NCBI GenBank assembly: GCA_937960625.1
Contig: CALGPD010000205.1
Span: forward strand, 1-30,253
DNA from: an uncultured Spirochaetia bacterium
GTDB taxonomy: Bacteria; Spirochaetota; CALGPD01
Direction: 5' to 3'
Length of the DNA stretch: 30,253 nt
Made by a program: the position numbers and the translations under genes. The notes under the pieces are model-generated. The model was not told where the DNA came from. It did not search any database and saw nothing but the letters and a program-made list of their open reading frames with translations. Positions 1 to 8,943 of this stretch are shown in pieces (the stretch's first letter is position 1; each line of letters starts with the position of its first letter).

Positions 1-402
1 ATAATATTGAATATAACTGCCATTGAGGGCATTATCTCTATATGTAGAAATTCTACTGATTCTTCCATTTTTGTAGTAATAATAACTTTTTCCCGTTAGT
101 TTGTTATCTATCCAATTCCTTTTTGTTCTAATCCTGCCGTTTCGGTAGTAAAATATCTCGGGGCCATGTAATTTATTGTACTTATAAGAAATTTTGGAAT
201 AAATCATACCCGTTCTATATTTCGTTATTTTAACACCGTGAATCTGTCCGTTTAAATACGGTGTCTTTATAATATATCTTCTATATTTTCTAGTTTTATA
301 TTTTACTTGAGCAGTTAATCCTGATGTGCAAATGAAAAGTATGCATAATAAAATAAAAAGCGGTTTAATATTATTTTTAAATTTTGTAGTTTTCAGTAAC
401 AT
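1..402 (-). CDS. MORN-repeat (YwqK-like) secreted protein/lipoprotein; C-terminal end lies beyond the window edge
   Basis: Minus-strand ATG at 402 is preceded by GGGGG (SD-like). The translation is MLLKTTKFKNNIKPLFILLCILFICTSGLTAQ... (signal peptide), followed by repeated Y-x-NG-x-x-HG/Y-YKNG-RI MORN-like units. The ORF runs to position 1 without a stop. It is absent from the ORF track only because it is open-ended. Confidence 0.5.
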   Translation of the reverse strand, partial: MLLKTTKFKNNIKPLFILLCILFICTSGLTAQVKYKTRKYRRYIIKTPYLNGQIHGVKITKYRTGMIYSKISYKYNKLHGPEIFYYRNGRIRTKRNWIDNKLTGKSYYYYKNGRISRISTYRDNALNGSYIQYY

Positions 403-493
403 TTTCCCCCTATTATCAATTTAATTTATTAATACTAAAATATAATCATTCTATATTAAAATTATAAAATATTTATATAAAATTTAATTAAAG

Positions 494-1705
494 TCATTCT
501 TCTTCATCAGATGTAGATTTTTTGTCAAGAAGCCATTTTAAGTCGCTATTTTTTAAAATTTGGAATAATTCAGTTAAAATCTTGCCTATCGGAGAAATAC
601 CTTTTCCGCCGCCGTAATCCATGACTGAATAGTTATCAATCTTAATCTTGTCAAATATGTCAGGTATGCTTTCAATAAAACTATAAAGCAGTGCTTCTTT
701 ACTATAAACTTGTGTAACTTCTCTACGTAATTTATCAATTTCGGTTTTCTTGCGCGAAATTTCGGACTCAATTTCCTCGGAAGTTAATAATAAATTAAGA
801 AGTCTATGATTAATTTCTTCTATGTTTATAGCTATATTTTTCGTTAATTGTTGTATTTCTTTTTCTTTGTTCTCTTTTACAACTCTAAACTTATATTTTT
901 CCAGATATTCTTCTTCATCAATTTTTATCTGCTGCTGGGATAATTTTCTCTCTTCATTCATGCGGCTTTCTTCAACAAAAGTATTATTCTCAATATTTGC
1001 CATTTCAATGTTTTTATCAGTTGATATTCTTTCAAGTTCAGTTTTTTCCCGCATAGCATTTTCTTCCGCGGCAATTTGTTTGTCTGTAGAAATTCTCGTT
1101 TTTGCTACATCCAATCTTAAAGAATCCCTATATTGAGACTGCAAATCTTCAAACAACATATCAGACATTATCCTTACAGATTCAATACCGAGTTCATCAA
1201 AAACAATACCCCATCTTTGCTGTATGGGTTTTAGCTGTTGTTTTAAATTTTCAGCAATTTCATCTTTTTTCTTTAGAGCATCATCAATATTCATATTTGC
1301 AATAACGTGCCTGACTGCTTCAATACAAATCGTCCGAAGTTGATTATTCGTCTCTGCCATTGGGTCTTCTTCGTTGTAAAAGTTTAAAGTATTAATTGCA
1401 ATTTCCGGTTTTTCCGGGTTTATTCTCCATGCGGCATACCCTTCAATTCCAATACCTTGAAAGTCAATATTTGCGTTGTCTGTTTTAAAATATAATGTTT
1501 GCACAAAAGCAGGAATGCGTAAAAAACGTCTGAATAATTTGAAACGTTTTCCGCCTAAAATCGGTTTGGCATTTTTCTTTCCAATCTGAATTATATATTC
1601 ATTTGGCAATGCTCTTTCAAAGAAAAAGCCGGATAATTTTTTCCGTTTTTCTATATATTTTTTATGATTTTCAGATATCTTGCTTTCATTAAAATCTTCA
1701 CTCAT
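494..1705 (-). CDS. SPFH/band-7 domain protein, flotillin-like (YqiK/FloT family)
   Basis: The N-terminal SPFH core is YIIQIG...AFVQTLYFKTDNANIDFQGIGIEGYAAWRINPEK. It is followed by a long coiled-coil rich in E/K/Q/I and a C-terminal acidic tail. This domain order is typical of bacterial flotillins. Confidence 0.8.
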   Translation of the reverse strand: MSEDFNESKISENHKKYIEKRKKLSGFFFERALPNEYIIQIGKKNAKPILGGKRFKLFRRFLRIPAFVQTLYFKTDNANIDFQGIGIEGYAAWRINPEKPEIAINTLNFYNEEDPMAETNNQLRTICIEAVRHVIANMNIDDALKKKDEIAENLKQQLKPIQQRWGIVFDELGIESVRIMSDMLFEDLQSQYRDSLRLDVAKTRISTDKQIAAEENAMREKTELERISTDKNIEMANIENNTFVEESRMNEERKLSQQQIKIDEEEYLEKYKFRVVKENKEKEIQQLTKNIAINIEEINHRLLNLLLTSEEIESEISRKKTEIDKLRREVTQVYSKEALLYSFIESIPDIFDKIKIDNYSVMDYGGGKGISPIGKILTELFQILKNSDLKWLLDKKSTSDEEE

Positions 1706-1831
1706 ATAAACATCCCGAATAAGTTATAAAATTATTATATGACACATGCAAAGAAATATCCATACTTTAATCGATATTTTTTAATCGGAATAGTTTTTTA
1801 GATTGTTTTCAATAATATTGAAAGATAGATT

Positions 1832-3418
1832 CTATTTCTTTTTACGTTTGCCCGCTAATTCTATCAAAGCTTTTTTACCGCGTTTTTGTTTTTTGAAAGC
1901 GCCTATGATTAGTTCTGCTTCTCTAAACGGAACAGTAAGAAAAGAAAACTTATCAAAAATTTGAATATCTTTTATTTTTTTCGATGCTATACTCACATTG
2001 TCATTGATAAAACATATTAATTTTTTAGGAGTCATTTTATCTTTTTTGCCAAGAGCAACGAATAAACGCGTTGTTCCGCTCCTGTCAACGGGATTTGTAG
2101 AAATATCCCTAATATTTTCATAATTGCTGTCACTTAACTCATGATTAAACGCATATTTAATAAAAGCACTTAATATTTCTTTTGCATCTCCGTATTCAAG
2201 AAGTTTTTCAGACAGGGAATTATAATCATCATAATCTCCATTTTTGAGCTCTTCAAGTACACTATTTACTAACCTGTCTTTTTTCGTTTTAATTACATCG
2301 GATATTTCCGGTACTTTGGCATATCTGATATCGCTTTTAAGTTTTTTCTTTATAAAACCTAATTTTTTATATTCGGACGGAGTTATAAAAGTTATTGCTG
2401 TTCCCTCGTTGCCGGCCCTGCCTGTTCTACCGATACGGTGAATATAAGCTTCAGAATTATGAGGCAGAGAATAATTTATTACATGGGTTAAATTATTAAC
2501 ATCAATTCCTCTGGCTGCAACATCGGTTGCAACTAAAACGTTAATTTCTTGGTCTTTAAACTTTTTAAGAATTTTTTCCCGTTGGTTTTGTGAAACATCT
2601 CCATGCAGAGCTTCGCTGTCGTATCCCCTGTTGTTTATTTTTCTCGTTACCATATCAACATCGTTTTTAGTTCTACAAAAAACAATTCCGTAGAATTCGC
2701 TTTCAATATCAATTATCCTGCAAAGCGCTTCAAGTTTATCTTTTTCATATACTTCAAAATATATCTGCTCTGTTAAAGCAGTAGTCTGATCGTTTGAAAC
2801 CAATGATATAACTTTGTAGTCATGCATAAATTTCTTAACGATTTTCATCATTGCTGAGGGCATTGTTGCTGAGAAAAACAGCATTATTTTATCTTCGTTT
2901 GTATTCTCCAGAATTTTTTCAATATCATCAATGAAACCCATATCAAGCATTTCATCCGCTTCATCTAAAACGAGATAAGAAATTTGATCTAGCAGCAGTG
3001 TCTTTCTTCTAATATGATCAATTATCCTGCCCGGTGTACCCACAACGATATGAGCCTTTTTCTTTAAACGTTTTAACTGTACTTCAATCGATTGGCCGCC
3101 ATAAACAGGAACAACGCTTAGCCTTTTGTTTCCCTTGAAAGAATTTATCTCCTCAGAAACTTGTATGGCAAGTTCTCTTGTAGGTGTGAGGATTAATGCT
3201 TGAACATGATTATTATCCTCATCCAGCTTTTCAATTAACGGCAGGCCAAATGCTGCAGTTTTACCGGTTCCGGTTTGCGCCTGTCCAACTATATCCAGTT
3301 CTTTTTTCAACAATAAAGGAATTGTTAATTCCTGAATTGGTGTAGGCTCTTCAAAGCCTTTTTTCTCAAGTGCTTTTAGGGTCTGTTCACTTAAACCCAG
3401 TTCTTTAAATTTTTCCAA
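1832..3418 (-). CDS. DEAD-box ATP-dependent RNA helicase with C-terminal DbpA-like RNA-binding domain (DeaD/CshA family)
   Basis: Q-motif TPIQ, Walker A AQTGTGKTAAFGLP, DEAD box LVLDEADEMLDMGF, SAT, HRIGRTGRAG, and a C-terminal basic tail. Confidence 0.9.
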   Translation of the reverse strand: MEKFKELGLSEQTLKALEKKGFEEPTPIQELTIPLLLKKELDIVGQAQTGTGKTAAFGLPLIEKLDEDNNHVQALILTPTRELAIQVSEEINSFKGNKRLSVVPVYGGQSIEVQLKRLKKKAHIVVGTPGRIIDHIRRKTLLLDQISYLVLDEADEMLDMGFIDDIEKILENTNEDKIMLFFSATMPSAMMKIVKKFMHDYKVISLVSNDQTTALTEQIYFEVYEKDKLEALCRIIDIESEFYGIVFCRTKNDVDMVTRKINNRGYDSEALHGDVSQNQREKILKKFKDQEINVLVATDVAARGIDVNNLTHVINYSLPHNSEAYIHRIGRTGRAGNEGTAITFITPSEYKKLGFIKKKLKSDIRYAKVPEISDVIKTKKDRLVNSVLEELKNGDYDDYNSLSEKLLEYGDAKEILSAFIKYAFNHELSDSNYENIRDISTNPVDRSGTTRLFVALGKKDKMTPKKLICFINDNVSIASKKIKDIQIFDKFSFLTVPFREAELIIGAFKKQKRGKKALIELAGKRKKK

Positions 3419-3462
3419 TTATTTATCCTTAATATGATTTCTAATGGAGAATGAAGATTAGA

Positions 3463-3654
3463 TTATAGAATTTTTTTTACTCTTCCAATCTGTCCGTCTT
3501 GTAATCTCACTTTAATACCGTGGGGATGTGAAGGTGAATTAGTTAGAATGTCTTTTACGATGCCGTTAGTTAATTTACCCGTTCTTTGATCTTTCTTTAA
3601 AACGATACTAACACTCATTCCCGTTTTTATTTTATCACGTTTATTACAATCCAA
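3463..3654 (-). CDS. YwbE/DUF2196 family small conserved protein
   Basis: This 63 aa protein reads ...KTGMSVSIVLKKDQRTGKLTNGIVKDILTNSPSHPHGIKVRLQDGQIGRVKKIL. That matches the YwbE family signature (TGKLT.G.V..ILT.S..HPHGIKVRL..G.IGRV). Confidence 0.7.
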   Translation of the reverse strand: MDCNKRDKIKTGMSVSIVLKKDQRTGKLTNGIVKDILTNSPSHPHGIKVRLQDGQIGRVKKIL

Positions 3655-3706
3655 ATTATTCTCTTTTCTTAGAAAACTAAATTTTTAAAAAATATTAACA
3701 ATATAA

Positions 3707-3753
3707 TAAAATGCCTTGATAACGTTTAAAACACTATCAAGGCATTTTTTTCT
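3707..3753. terminator. Bidirectional rho-independent terminator downstream of the LRR-WGR gene
   Basis: Perfect 13-bp inverted repeat AAATGCCTTGATA ... TATCAAGGCATTT with a 13-nt loop (about 3708-3746). It is followed by a T-run on the + strand (3747-3752). On the - strand it is followed by TTTTATTATATT. Confidence 0.65.
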
Positions 3754-3812
3754 TTATCGTTCTATATAAAATACAATTTAATTCGCTAAAAACCAATAAT
3801 AAATTATTCTTT

Positions 3813-6389
3813 TTAAGCGTATCCTTTTTTCTTTTTAGATGAAACAAGTTTTTCAGCATCTTTTTCCGCTTCTTCTTCTGATGCAAATTCTTTTGTTTTA
3901 CTTTGTCCTTCTGAACCGATCTTTCCATATCTAACCGTATGAGTATTACCCGTTATAGTTATTTCCCAGAATTTATTAGATTTTTCATCTTTATACTCAA
4001 GATATATTTTTTCCCCATCCGATTCACTTTCCTCAGAATCTCCGTCTTCACCGTTTTCAGACATATCCTCTAAGTTTGCTAAAAAATCATCAAAACTATC
4101 ATGCAATTTTTCAGGATTTTCTCCAATTTCATGTTCAAATAAGTAAACGGGATTTAATGTATCCTGAGTGTCAACCGCTAAAAATATTTCAACCATAGTA
4201 TCAATTTCAACATCCTCATAAAAAAGATTAGGAATGGCTAAGATTTTAAAATAATAGTCAGGATTATTTATTAATTGATATAACTCACAACTTTCATAAT
4301 CTTCATCCAAATAATCATCCAGCCACGAATACTGTTCTACATCTTCGAGTAATTCTTCATGAGTACCGAATATTAATGGAAGATCTAAAAAAGTAATTTC
4401 CGTGTCCCGTTTCTCAGTTAATTTTTCATAATATCCGGATTCTATAAACTCGGCATAACTCATTTTCAACTCAACTCCTCCGGATAACCTCTCGTTAATT
4501 GCACTTTCAACTTCATTAATTTTTTTAACGGTCAATCCATCACAATATTCACAATTAAATTCTTCTAAGTTTGGCAATGATTTAAGAACGGATATGTCTT
4601 TCATGTTATCTAAGCTACGGAGTTCTATTTTTTCCAGTTTACTTAATTTAGATAATGACTCAGGTAATTTCTTTAAGTTATCAATATAGTGGATTGATAA
4701 TTCCCGCAAATTACTCAATTCTCCAACAATATCAATATTACCTACTTTCTTCAAGCTCTTTATATGTAATTTTTCCAGATTCTCAAGTGTACCAATATCT
4801 CCGGGTAATTCAGTTAGTTCATCTAAATTTTGAAGAGACAGCTCTTTTAGGTTTGGTAAACCTTTTATACCTGAAATTTGAGGTAAAACTTCTAAAAACT
4901 CAAAAGTTATTTTTTCTAAACCTTTAGCCATTTCAATTTCTACCGGTAATGTTTTTAAATAATCGGAACGGTGTATCTCAAGTTCTTTTAACTTTCCGAG
5001 TTTAACAATATTTGATAAATCCAAAGTTGTTTCGATACTGCCTACACTTAAACTTTCTAGTTTTGGTAAAACAGGCAAAGTAAAAGCAGGCTGATTAACG
5101 GCTAAACTTTTAAGATCAGCATAGTTTTCCAAATATTTATCCGAAGCTTCTATATCGTTAAAGACTGTAAGCTTTTTTAACTTTTTTAATTCTTTTGGTA
5201 ATTCCTTAAACGGACAATCTGCAATATATAGTTCTTCTAGATTAGTTAAAGAAGATAGAAAACTAATGTCTTCACTTTTTGCGCTAAAATCGAGTTTTCT
5301 TAAGTTCGTTAATGAACCCAATGTTTTAGGGAGTTTTTCTACTACGCTGTAAAAAACGAGTTCTTCAAGTTCAGGAAAGTCTTTAACTCCGGAAATATAA
5401 GACAAATTTTTGTTATATCCTACAACGAGTTTTTTTAATCCCTTTAATGTCGAAAAAGAATCATTTATGTTTTTTACATTACAACTTGATAAATCTAATT
5501 CTTCCAGCAATGGCAGTTCTTTTAATTCAGAAATGTCTTCCATTTTTTCATTTTTACTTAAATCCAGTTTTTTTAGATTTTTTAATTTTGAAATACTTTT
5601 AGGAGCAGATGTAAAATAAAAACCACCAATACGGAGTTCTACTAATCCTTCCAAATTACCAACATTTTCTAATACCTGATAGTTATCTCTATTTTTTACC
5701 GTATAACAATATATGGATAAAGATTTTAAGTTTTTAAGATTGAAAATATACTCAGGTATGCCTTCAATTTCATGTGAATCAGTCATATCCAACAATTCAA
5801 GATTATGCATATCCTTTAACACTTCCCAGTCCTTAACTCCAGTGTTATACGCAACGAATAATTTCCGTAATTTAGTAAGTTTCAATAATTCTTTTGGAAT
5901 TTTTTTTAGTTTATTATTACCAACGTATAGTTCTTCCAAATTGGTTAACTTTTTTAAACCCGTTATATTGGTTATCTTATTATCAGAAATACCTAAAATT
6001 TTAAGTTGGCTAAGGGCTAAAATTTCTTCAGGGACTTTTTTTAAGTTCAAATCTTCCAGACCTAAATCTTCCAAAGTGGTTAATTCCGTGAGTATTGAAA
6101 AGTCAGAGATTTCATTACCACCGATAAATAAAGTTTTAATATTTTTCAAACTTAATATTTCTTTGGGTATCTCCTTGATGTCCATTTCTTTTAAATAAAG
6201 TTCTTCAAGCTTCACAAGTTCTTTTAAAAAGGAAAAATCTTTAATATTACAATTCTTTGACAATCTTAAAGATTTTAAATTTGTAAACAATGATATCTCA
6301 TCAATGTTTTCAGCTGTTTCTGCATTAATGCTTTGAATTTCTTCTTTGCTATTCTTTAATAGAGCATCTTGATAGTTAAATTCTTTCAT
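3813..6389 (-). CDS. Large leucine-rich-repeat protein with acidic linker and C-terminal WGR domain
   Basis: 858 aa. There are more than 20 LRR units (LxxLxxLxLxxNxI: ...LKSLRLSKNCNIKDFSFLKELVKLEELYLKEMDIKEIP...). A non-repeat region (about aa 640-780) precedes a D/E-rich stretch. The C-terminal IYLEYKDEKSNKFWEITITGNTHTVRYGKIGSEGQSKTKEFASEEEAEKDAEKLVSSKKKKGYA matches the WGR consensus (FWEI...RYGRIG..GQ...F.S.eeA...KGY). An SD AGGGGAAGAAG precedes the ATG. Confidence 0.8.
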   Translation of the reverse strand: MKEFNYQDALLKNSKEEIQSINAETAENIDEISLFTNLKSLRLSKNCNIKDFSFLKELVKLEELYLKEMDIKEIPKEILSLKNIKTLFIGGNEISDFSILTELTTLEDLGLEDLNLKKVPEEILALSQLKILGISDNKITNITGLKKLTNLEELYVGNNKLKKIPKELLKLTKLRKLFVAYNTGVKDWEVLKDMHNLELLDMTDSHEIEGIPEYIFNLKNLKSLSIYCYTVKNRDNYQVLENVGNLEGLVELRIGGFYFTSAPKSISKLKNLKKLDLSKNEKMEDISELKELPLLEELDLSSCNVKNINDSFSTLKGLKKLVVGYNKNLSYISGVKDFPELEELVFYSVVEKLPKTLGSLTNLRKLDFSAKSEDISFLSSLTNLEELYIADCPFKELPKELKKLKKLTVFNDIEASDKYLENYADLKSLAVNQPAFTLPVLPKLESLSVGSIETTLDLSNIVKLGKLKELEIHRSDYLKTLPVEIEMAKGLEKITFEFLEVLPQISGIKGLPNLKELSLQNLDELTELPGDIGTLENLEKLHIKSLKKVGNIDIVGELSNLRELSIHYIDNLKKLPESLSKLSKLEKIELRSLDNMKDISVLKSLPNLEEFNCEYCDGLTVKKINEVESAINERLSGGVELKMSYAEFIESGYYEKLTEKRDTEITFLDLPLIFGTHEELLEDVEQYSWLDDYLDEDYESCELYQLINNPDYYFKILAIPNLFYEDVEIDTMVEIFLAVDTQDTLNPVYLFEHEIGENPEKLHDSFDDFLANLEDMSENGEDGDSEESESDGEKIYLEYKDEKSNKFWEITITGNTHTVRYGKIGSEGQSKTKEFASEEEAEKDAEKLVSSKKKKGYA

Positions 6390-6410
6390 CTTCTTCCCCT
6401 ATAATTAAAA

Positions 6411-6438
6411 TATATTCAGTAAAATATATTCAGTAAAA
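6411..6438. repeat. Perfect tandem duplication (2 x 14 bp, TATATTCAGTAAAA) in the leader/promoter region of the LRR-WGR gene
   Basis: Seen directly at 6411-6424 and 6425-6438. A partial third copy follows (TATAATTAAAA on the same strand upstream of the RBS). Confidence 0.75.
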
Positions 6439-6467
6439 TTTATCAGATAATTTGTAAATATTACTTT

Positions 6468-7379
6468 TTAAGTTGATTGTTTTCCACAAGCAAAATACTT
6501 TATCAAGGTTACTTTATTACCCGGAGGCTCATAAACAACTTCATCCATTGTTGCATATGTCATAATTATTCCTCTGCCGCTAATTCTAAGAAGGTCTCTT
6601 TTTTCAATATTATTTTTAATAGTTTCATAATCAAAACCTTTGCCTTGATCAATAATAACGTATTTAACCTTTTCCCTGTCATAAAATGCTTCTACTGTAA
6701 CAGTCCGGCTGCAGTAAGGTTCCTGCTTGCTTCTATTCTCAAGTTCAGACGCATATTTGTTACCTTTACTATATATTAATTCAGCTTTCTCAAGATCATT
6801 AATTTCAAGATTTCCATGTTCGATTGCATTTGTTATCATCTCAACAAGAGCAAGGTCTATACTAATAATTTCATCATCATCGCATTGCTGATTTATTATT
6901 AAATCTCTTGAAATTGTTGAGGCAAGGTCAGAGATTAAATTAATATCATTTGGTATCTTATAAACCTTGTGAGTAGAAACAAGGTAATAATCTATATCCC
7001 TTGTTCTTTGGAGAATGGCTTTCATTTTTAAAATTTCTTTAACACTGTTTGAAATTTCATTTTTATCAATAGGCTTTGTAAAAAAATTAAAGCTGCCGTA
7101 ATCAAAAGCATCAACAGTCTGAGAATAACTATGTTCATCAACAACGATAATTATTGAAGTATCCTTATTAAAGTTTTTTACTTTTCTGATAAATTCAATT
7201 CCGTTATCCATATTAAGATTAATATCAGTTATCAATACCGTATAAATATTGCTTTTTAAGAATTCAACTCCTTGTTGAATACTCGTTGCTTGATGCGGGT
7301 TATATTCTCTAAACAAGGATGTCAATTCGTTCATGAATTCTTGTTCTTCTGTAATTAGTAAAATTTTTTCTAAATTCAT
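6468..7379 (-). CDS. Receiver (REC) domain fused to GHKL/HATPase_c anti-sigma-factor-like serine kinase (RsbW/SpoIIAB/SiaB-like)
   Basis: N-terminal REC: ...TVLITDINLNMDNGIEF...IIIVVDE...FFTKPID. C-terminal N-box LALVEMITNAIEHGN, G1 VIIDQGKGFD, G2 RISGRGIIMTYATMDEV. The start is ambiguous: I chose ATG at 7379 rather than the TTG at 7388 used in the ORF track. Confidence 0.7.
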   Translation of the reverse strand: MNLEKILLITEEQEFMNELTSLFREYNPHQATSIQQGVEFLKSNIYTVLITDINLNMDNGIEFIRKVKNFNKDTSIIIVVDEHSYSQTVDAFDYGSFNFFTKPIDKNEISNSVKEILKMKAILQRTRDIDYYLVSTHKVYKIPNDINLISDLASTISRDLIINQQCDDDEIISIDLALVEMITNAIEHGNLEINDLEKAELIYSKGNKYASELENRSKQEPYCSRTVTVEAFYDREKVKYVIIDQGKGFDYETIKNNIEKRDLLRISGRGIIMTYATMDEVVYEPPGNKVTLIKYFACGKQST

Positions 7380-7397
7380 AAAAATCAACCGCTAAAT

Positions 7398-7778
7398 TTA
7401 TTTTGTTTTAAAAAACCAAAAAATCGGATTATCGGAAAAAAATATTTCCATATTCTTATTTATTGTATCTATAAATTTTTTAATTTTTTCTGCATAAGGA
7501 GATATAATTTTTTCAGGAAATACAAAAATTATATTTATAAATCTGTCTCTAACTAGTTTTTGAAATTCCTTCTGAATGTTTTCGCTTTTTACTATCCATT
7601 CTTTTATCGCATTCACTGTGTCATCATTAAAAGCTTGGCTCTTTTGCCTTGCATTATTTAAATAACTTTCAAATTCCTCTTTAAAACCTGACAATACCCC
7701 AAAAGTTTTTAAATAATTATCTCTTGTGCGGGATAGAATTTTAAACCATTTTTGTTCTTTCTTCTCAGTGTCTGCCAT
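7398..7778 (-). CDS. Small hypothetical protein (126 aa) between phosphatase and kinase; candidate partner-switch substrate
   Basis: The ORF is tightly packed between the REC-PP2C stop (7810) and the kinase start. An SD-like AGGTAG lies 5 nt upstream of the ATG. It has no recognisable STAS DSSG motif, so it is called by position only. Confidence 0.5.
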   Translation of the reverse strand: MADTEKKEQKWFKILSRTRDNYLKTFGVLSGFKEEFESYLNNARQKSQAFNDDTVNAIKEWIVKSENIQKEFQKLVRDRFINIIFVFPEKIISPYAEKIKKFIDTINKNMEIFFSDNPIFWFFKTK

Positions 7779-7809
7779 TTCTACCTGATTATAATTAATT
7801 ATCTTATAT

Positions 7810-8943
7810 CTATTTAATTTTAATAGCTATAAGATTTACATCATCACTAAATTCATTATCACCGATAAAATCTTTGAGTTCCTGTATTATTTTTTCATTT
7901 ATTTCCTTAGAACTCTTTTCACAATTGTCTTTAAATACTGCTAAAAGTTTTTCATCCCCAAATATCTGAAATGAAGAATCTTCGGCTTCAAATGCTCCGT
8001 CTGTATATAATAATATTTGGTCACCGGGTTTTAAATCCTGCTCTTTAGTTTCAAACACAGCGTTTTCAAAAAGCCCCATTACATAACCCTTGGTCTTAAG
8101 AAAATCAACATTACCGTTTCTGCATAAATATCCTGCCGGATGCCCGGCTGATGCATAAATGATTTTATTCTCTTCTAAATCCAAAATCGTATAAACAGCA
8201 GTTACATAAGTGAATTTTCCGCCTAAAATATTTATCAACTGAAGATTCATCTCGGATAAAAGTTCGGATGGAGTTTTATTTTGTTCAATAAAATTATCAA
8301 GCAAAGTTTTTAAAATCATTGTGATTAAAGCTGCCTGCATTCCATGGCCTACAACATCAGCAACAAAAACACCGAGTTTTTTCTCACTAAAAGGCATGAA
8401 ATAATAAAAATCACCGCCAACCATAAAACACGGTATATATCTGAAATCTATATCAAAACCTTTTGTATCAGGAACATCAGAAGGAAGAATTTTCTCCTGA
8501 ACTTTACTTGCCAGACGGATTTCTTTTTGAAATGCAATATTTTTTACTGCCAATTCATCTGTATAATCTTTTAAGCGTAGAAGAGACCGCACACGTGCAG
8601 TTAATTCAATGTCATTTATAGGCTTGGATAGAAAGTCATCACAACCCGCCTCAAGGCCGTTTACTTTATCTTCTGTGCTGGAAAGTGAAGTAATTAATAC
8701 AACCGGAATGTTCCTCGTTATATCATTATTTTTAATTTTTCTGCAAAGTTCAAAACCGTCAAGTTCAGGCATGATTACATCTGAAATTATCATATCCGGT
8801 TTTTGTTTTTTAACTAATTCCAAAGCTTCTAAACCGTTATACGCACAGGAAACCTCATAACCTTCTTTGCCTAGACGCATTCTTAATAGGTCAACATTTA
8901 CTTTTATGTCATCTACAACGAGTATTTTATGTTTCTTTTCCAT
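7810..8943 (-). CDS. Response-regulator receiver fused to PP2C (SpoIIE/RsbU-type) serine phosphatase
   Basis: Canonical REC (KILVVDD...MIISDVIMPELDG...VVLITS...SKPI). PP2C motifs follow: FYYFMP...LGVFVADVVGHGMQAALITM...YASAGHP...ILLYTDG. I chose the ATG at 8943; the ORF track begins at a TTG at 8964. No SD precedes either start. Confidence 0.8.
   Translation of the reverse strand: MEKKHKILVVDDIKVNVDLLRMRLGKEGYEVSCAYNGLEALELVKKQKPDMIISDVIMPELDGFELCRKIKNNDITRNIPVVLITSLSSTEDKVNGLEAGCDDFLSKPINDIELTARVRSLLRLKDYTDELAVKNIAFQKEIRLASKVQEKILPSDVPDTKGFDIDFRYIPCFMVGGDFYYFMPFSEKKLGVFVADVVGHGMQAALITMILKTLLDNFIEQNKTPSELLSEMNLQLINILGGKFTYVTAVYTILDLEENKIIYASAGHPAGYLCRNGNVDFLKTKGYVMGLFENAVFETKEQDLKPGDQILLYTDGAFEAEDSSFQIFGDEKLLAVFKDNCEKSSKEINEKIIQELKDFIGDNEFSDDVNLIAIKIK

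Noticed and set aside
586-1305. Short ORFs 586-771(-), 822-1136(+), 1102-1305(+) inside or antisense to the flotillin gene
   Set aside because: They are fully contained within a well-supported 403-aa SPFH gene. Their translations are low-complexity I/F/L/S-rich, as expected from antisense AT-rich coding DNA.
3737-3928. ORF 3737-3928(-) encoding a K/R-rich 63-aa peptide
   Set aside because: It overlaps the 3' end of the LRR-WGR gene in another frame and runs into the terminator hairpin. Its composition reflects the A-rich coding strand.
4655-6198. Plus-strand ORFs 4655-4927, 5410-5619, 5713-6198 antisense to the LRR gene
   Set aside because: Antisense of repetitive LRR codons gives open frames by chance. 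The products have no domain-like features, and the opposite strand has a clear 858-aa protein with SD.
6411-6438. Possible CRISPR array
   Set aside because: Only two 14-bp units, directly adjacent with no spacers, which is far below CRISPR repeat length and organisation. No cas genes are in the window.
7398-7778. Calling the 126-aa middle protein a STAS-domain anti-sigma-factor antagonist or SiaC (DUF1987)
   Set aside because: It has no DSSG-like phospho-serine motif and no recognisable STAS or DUF1987 signature by eye. It is kept as a hypothetical, with only a positional inference.
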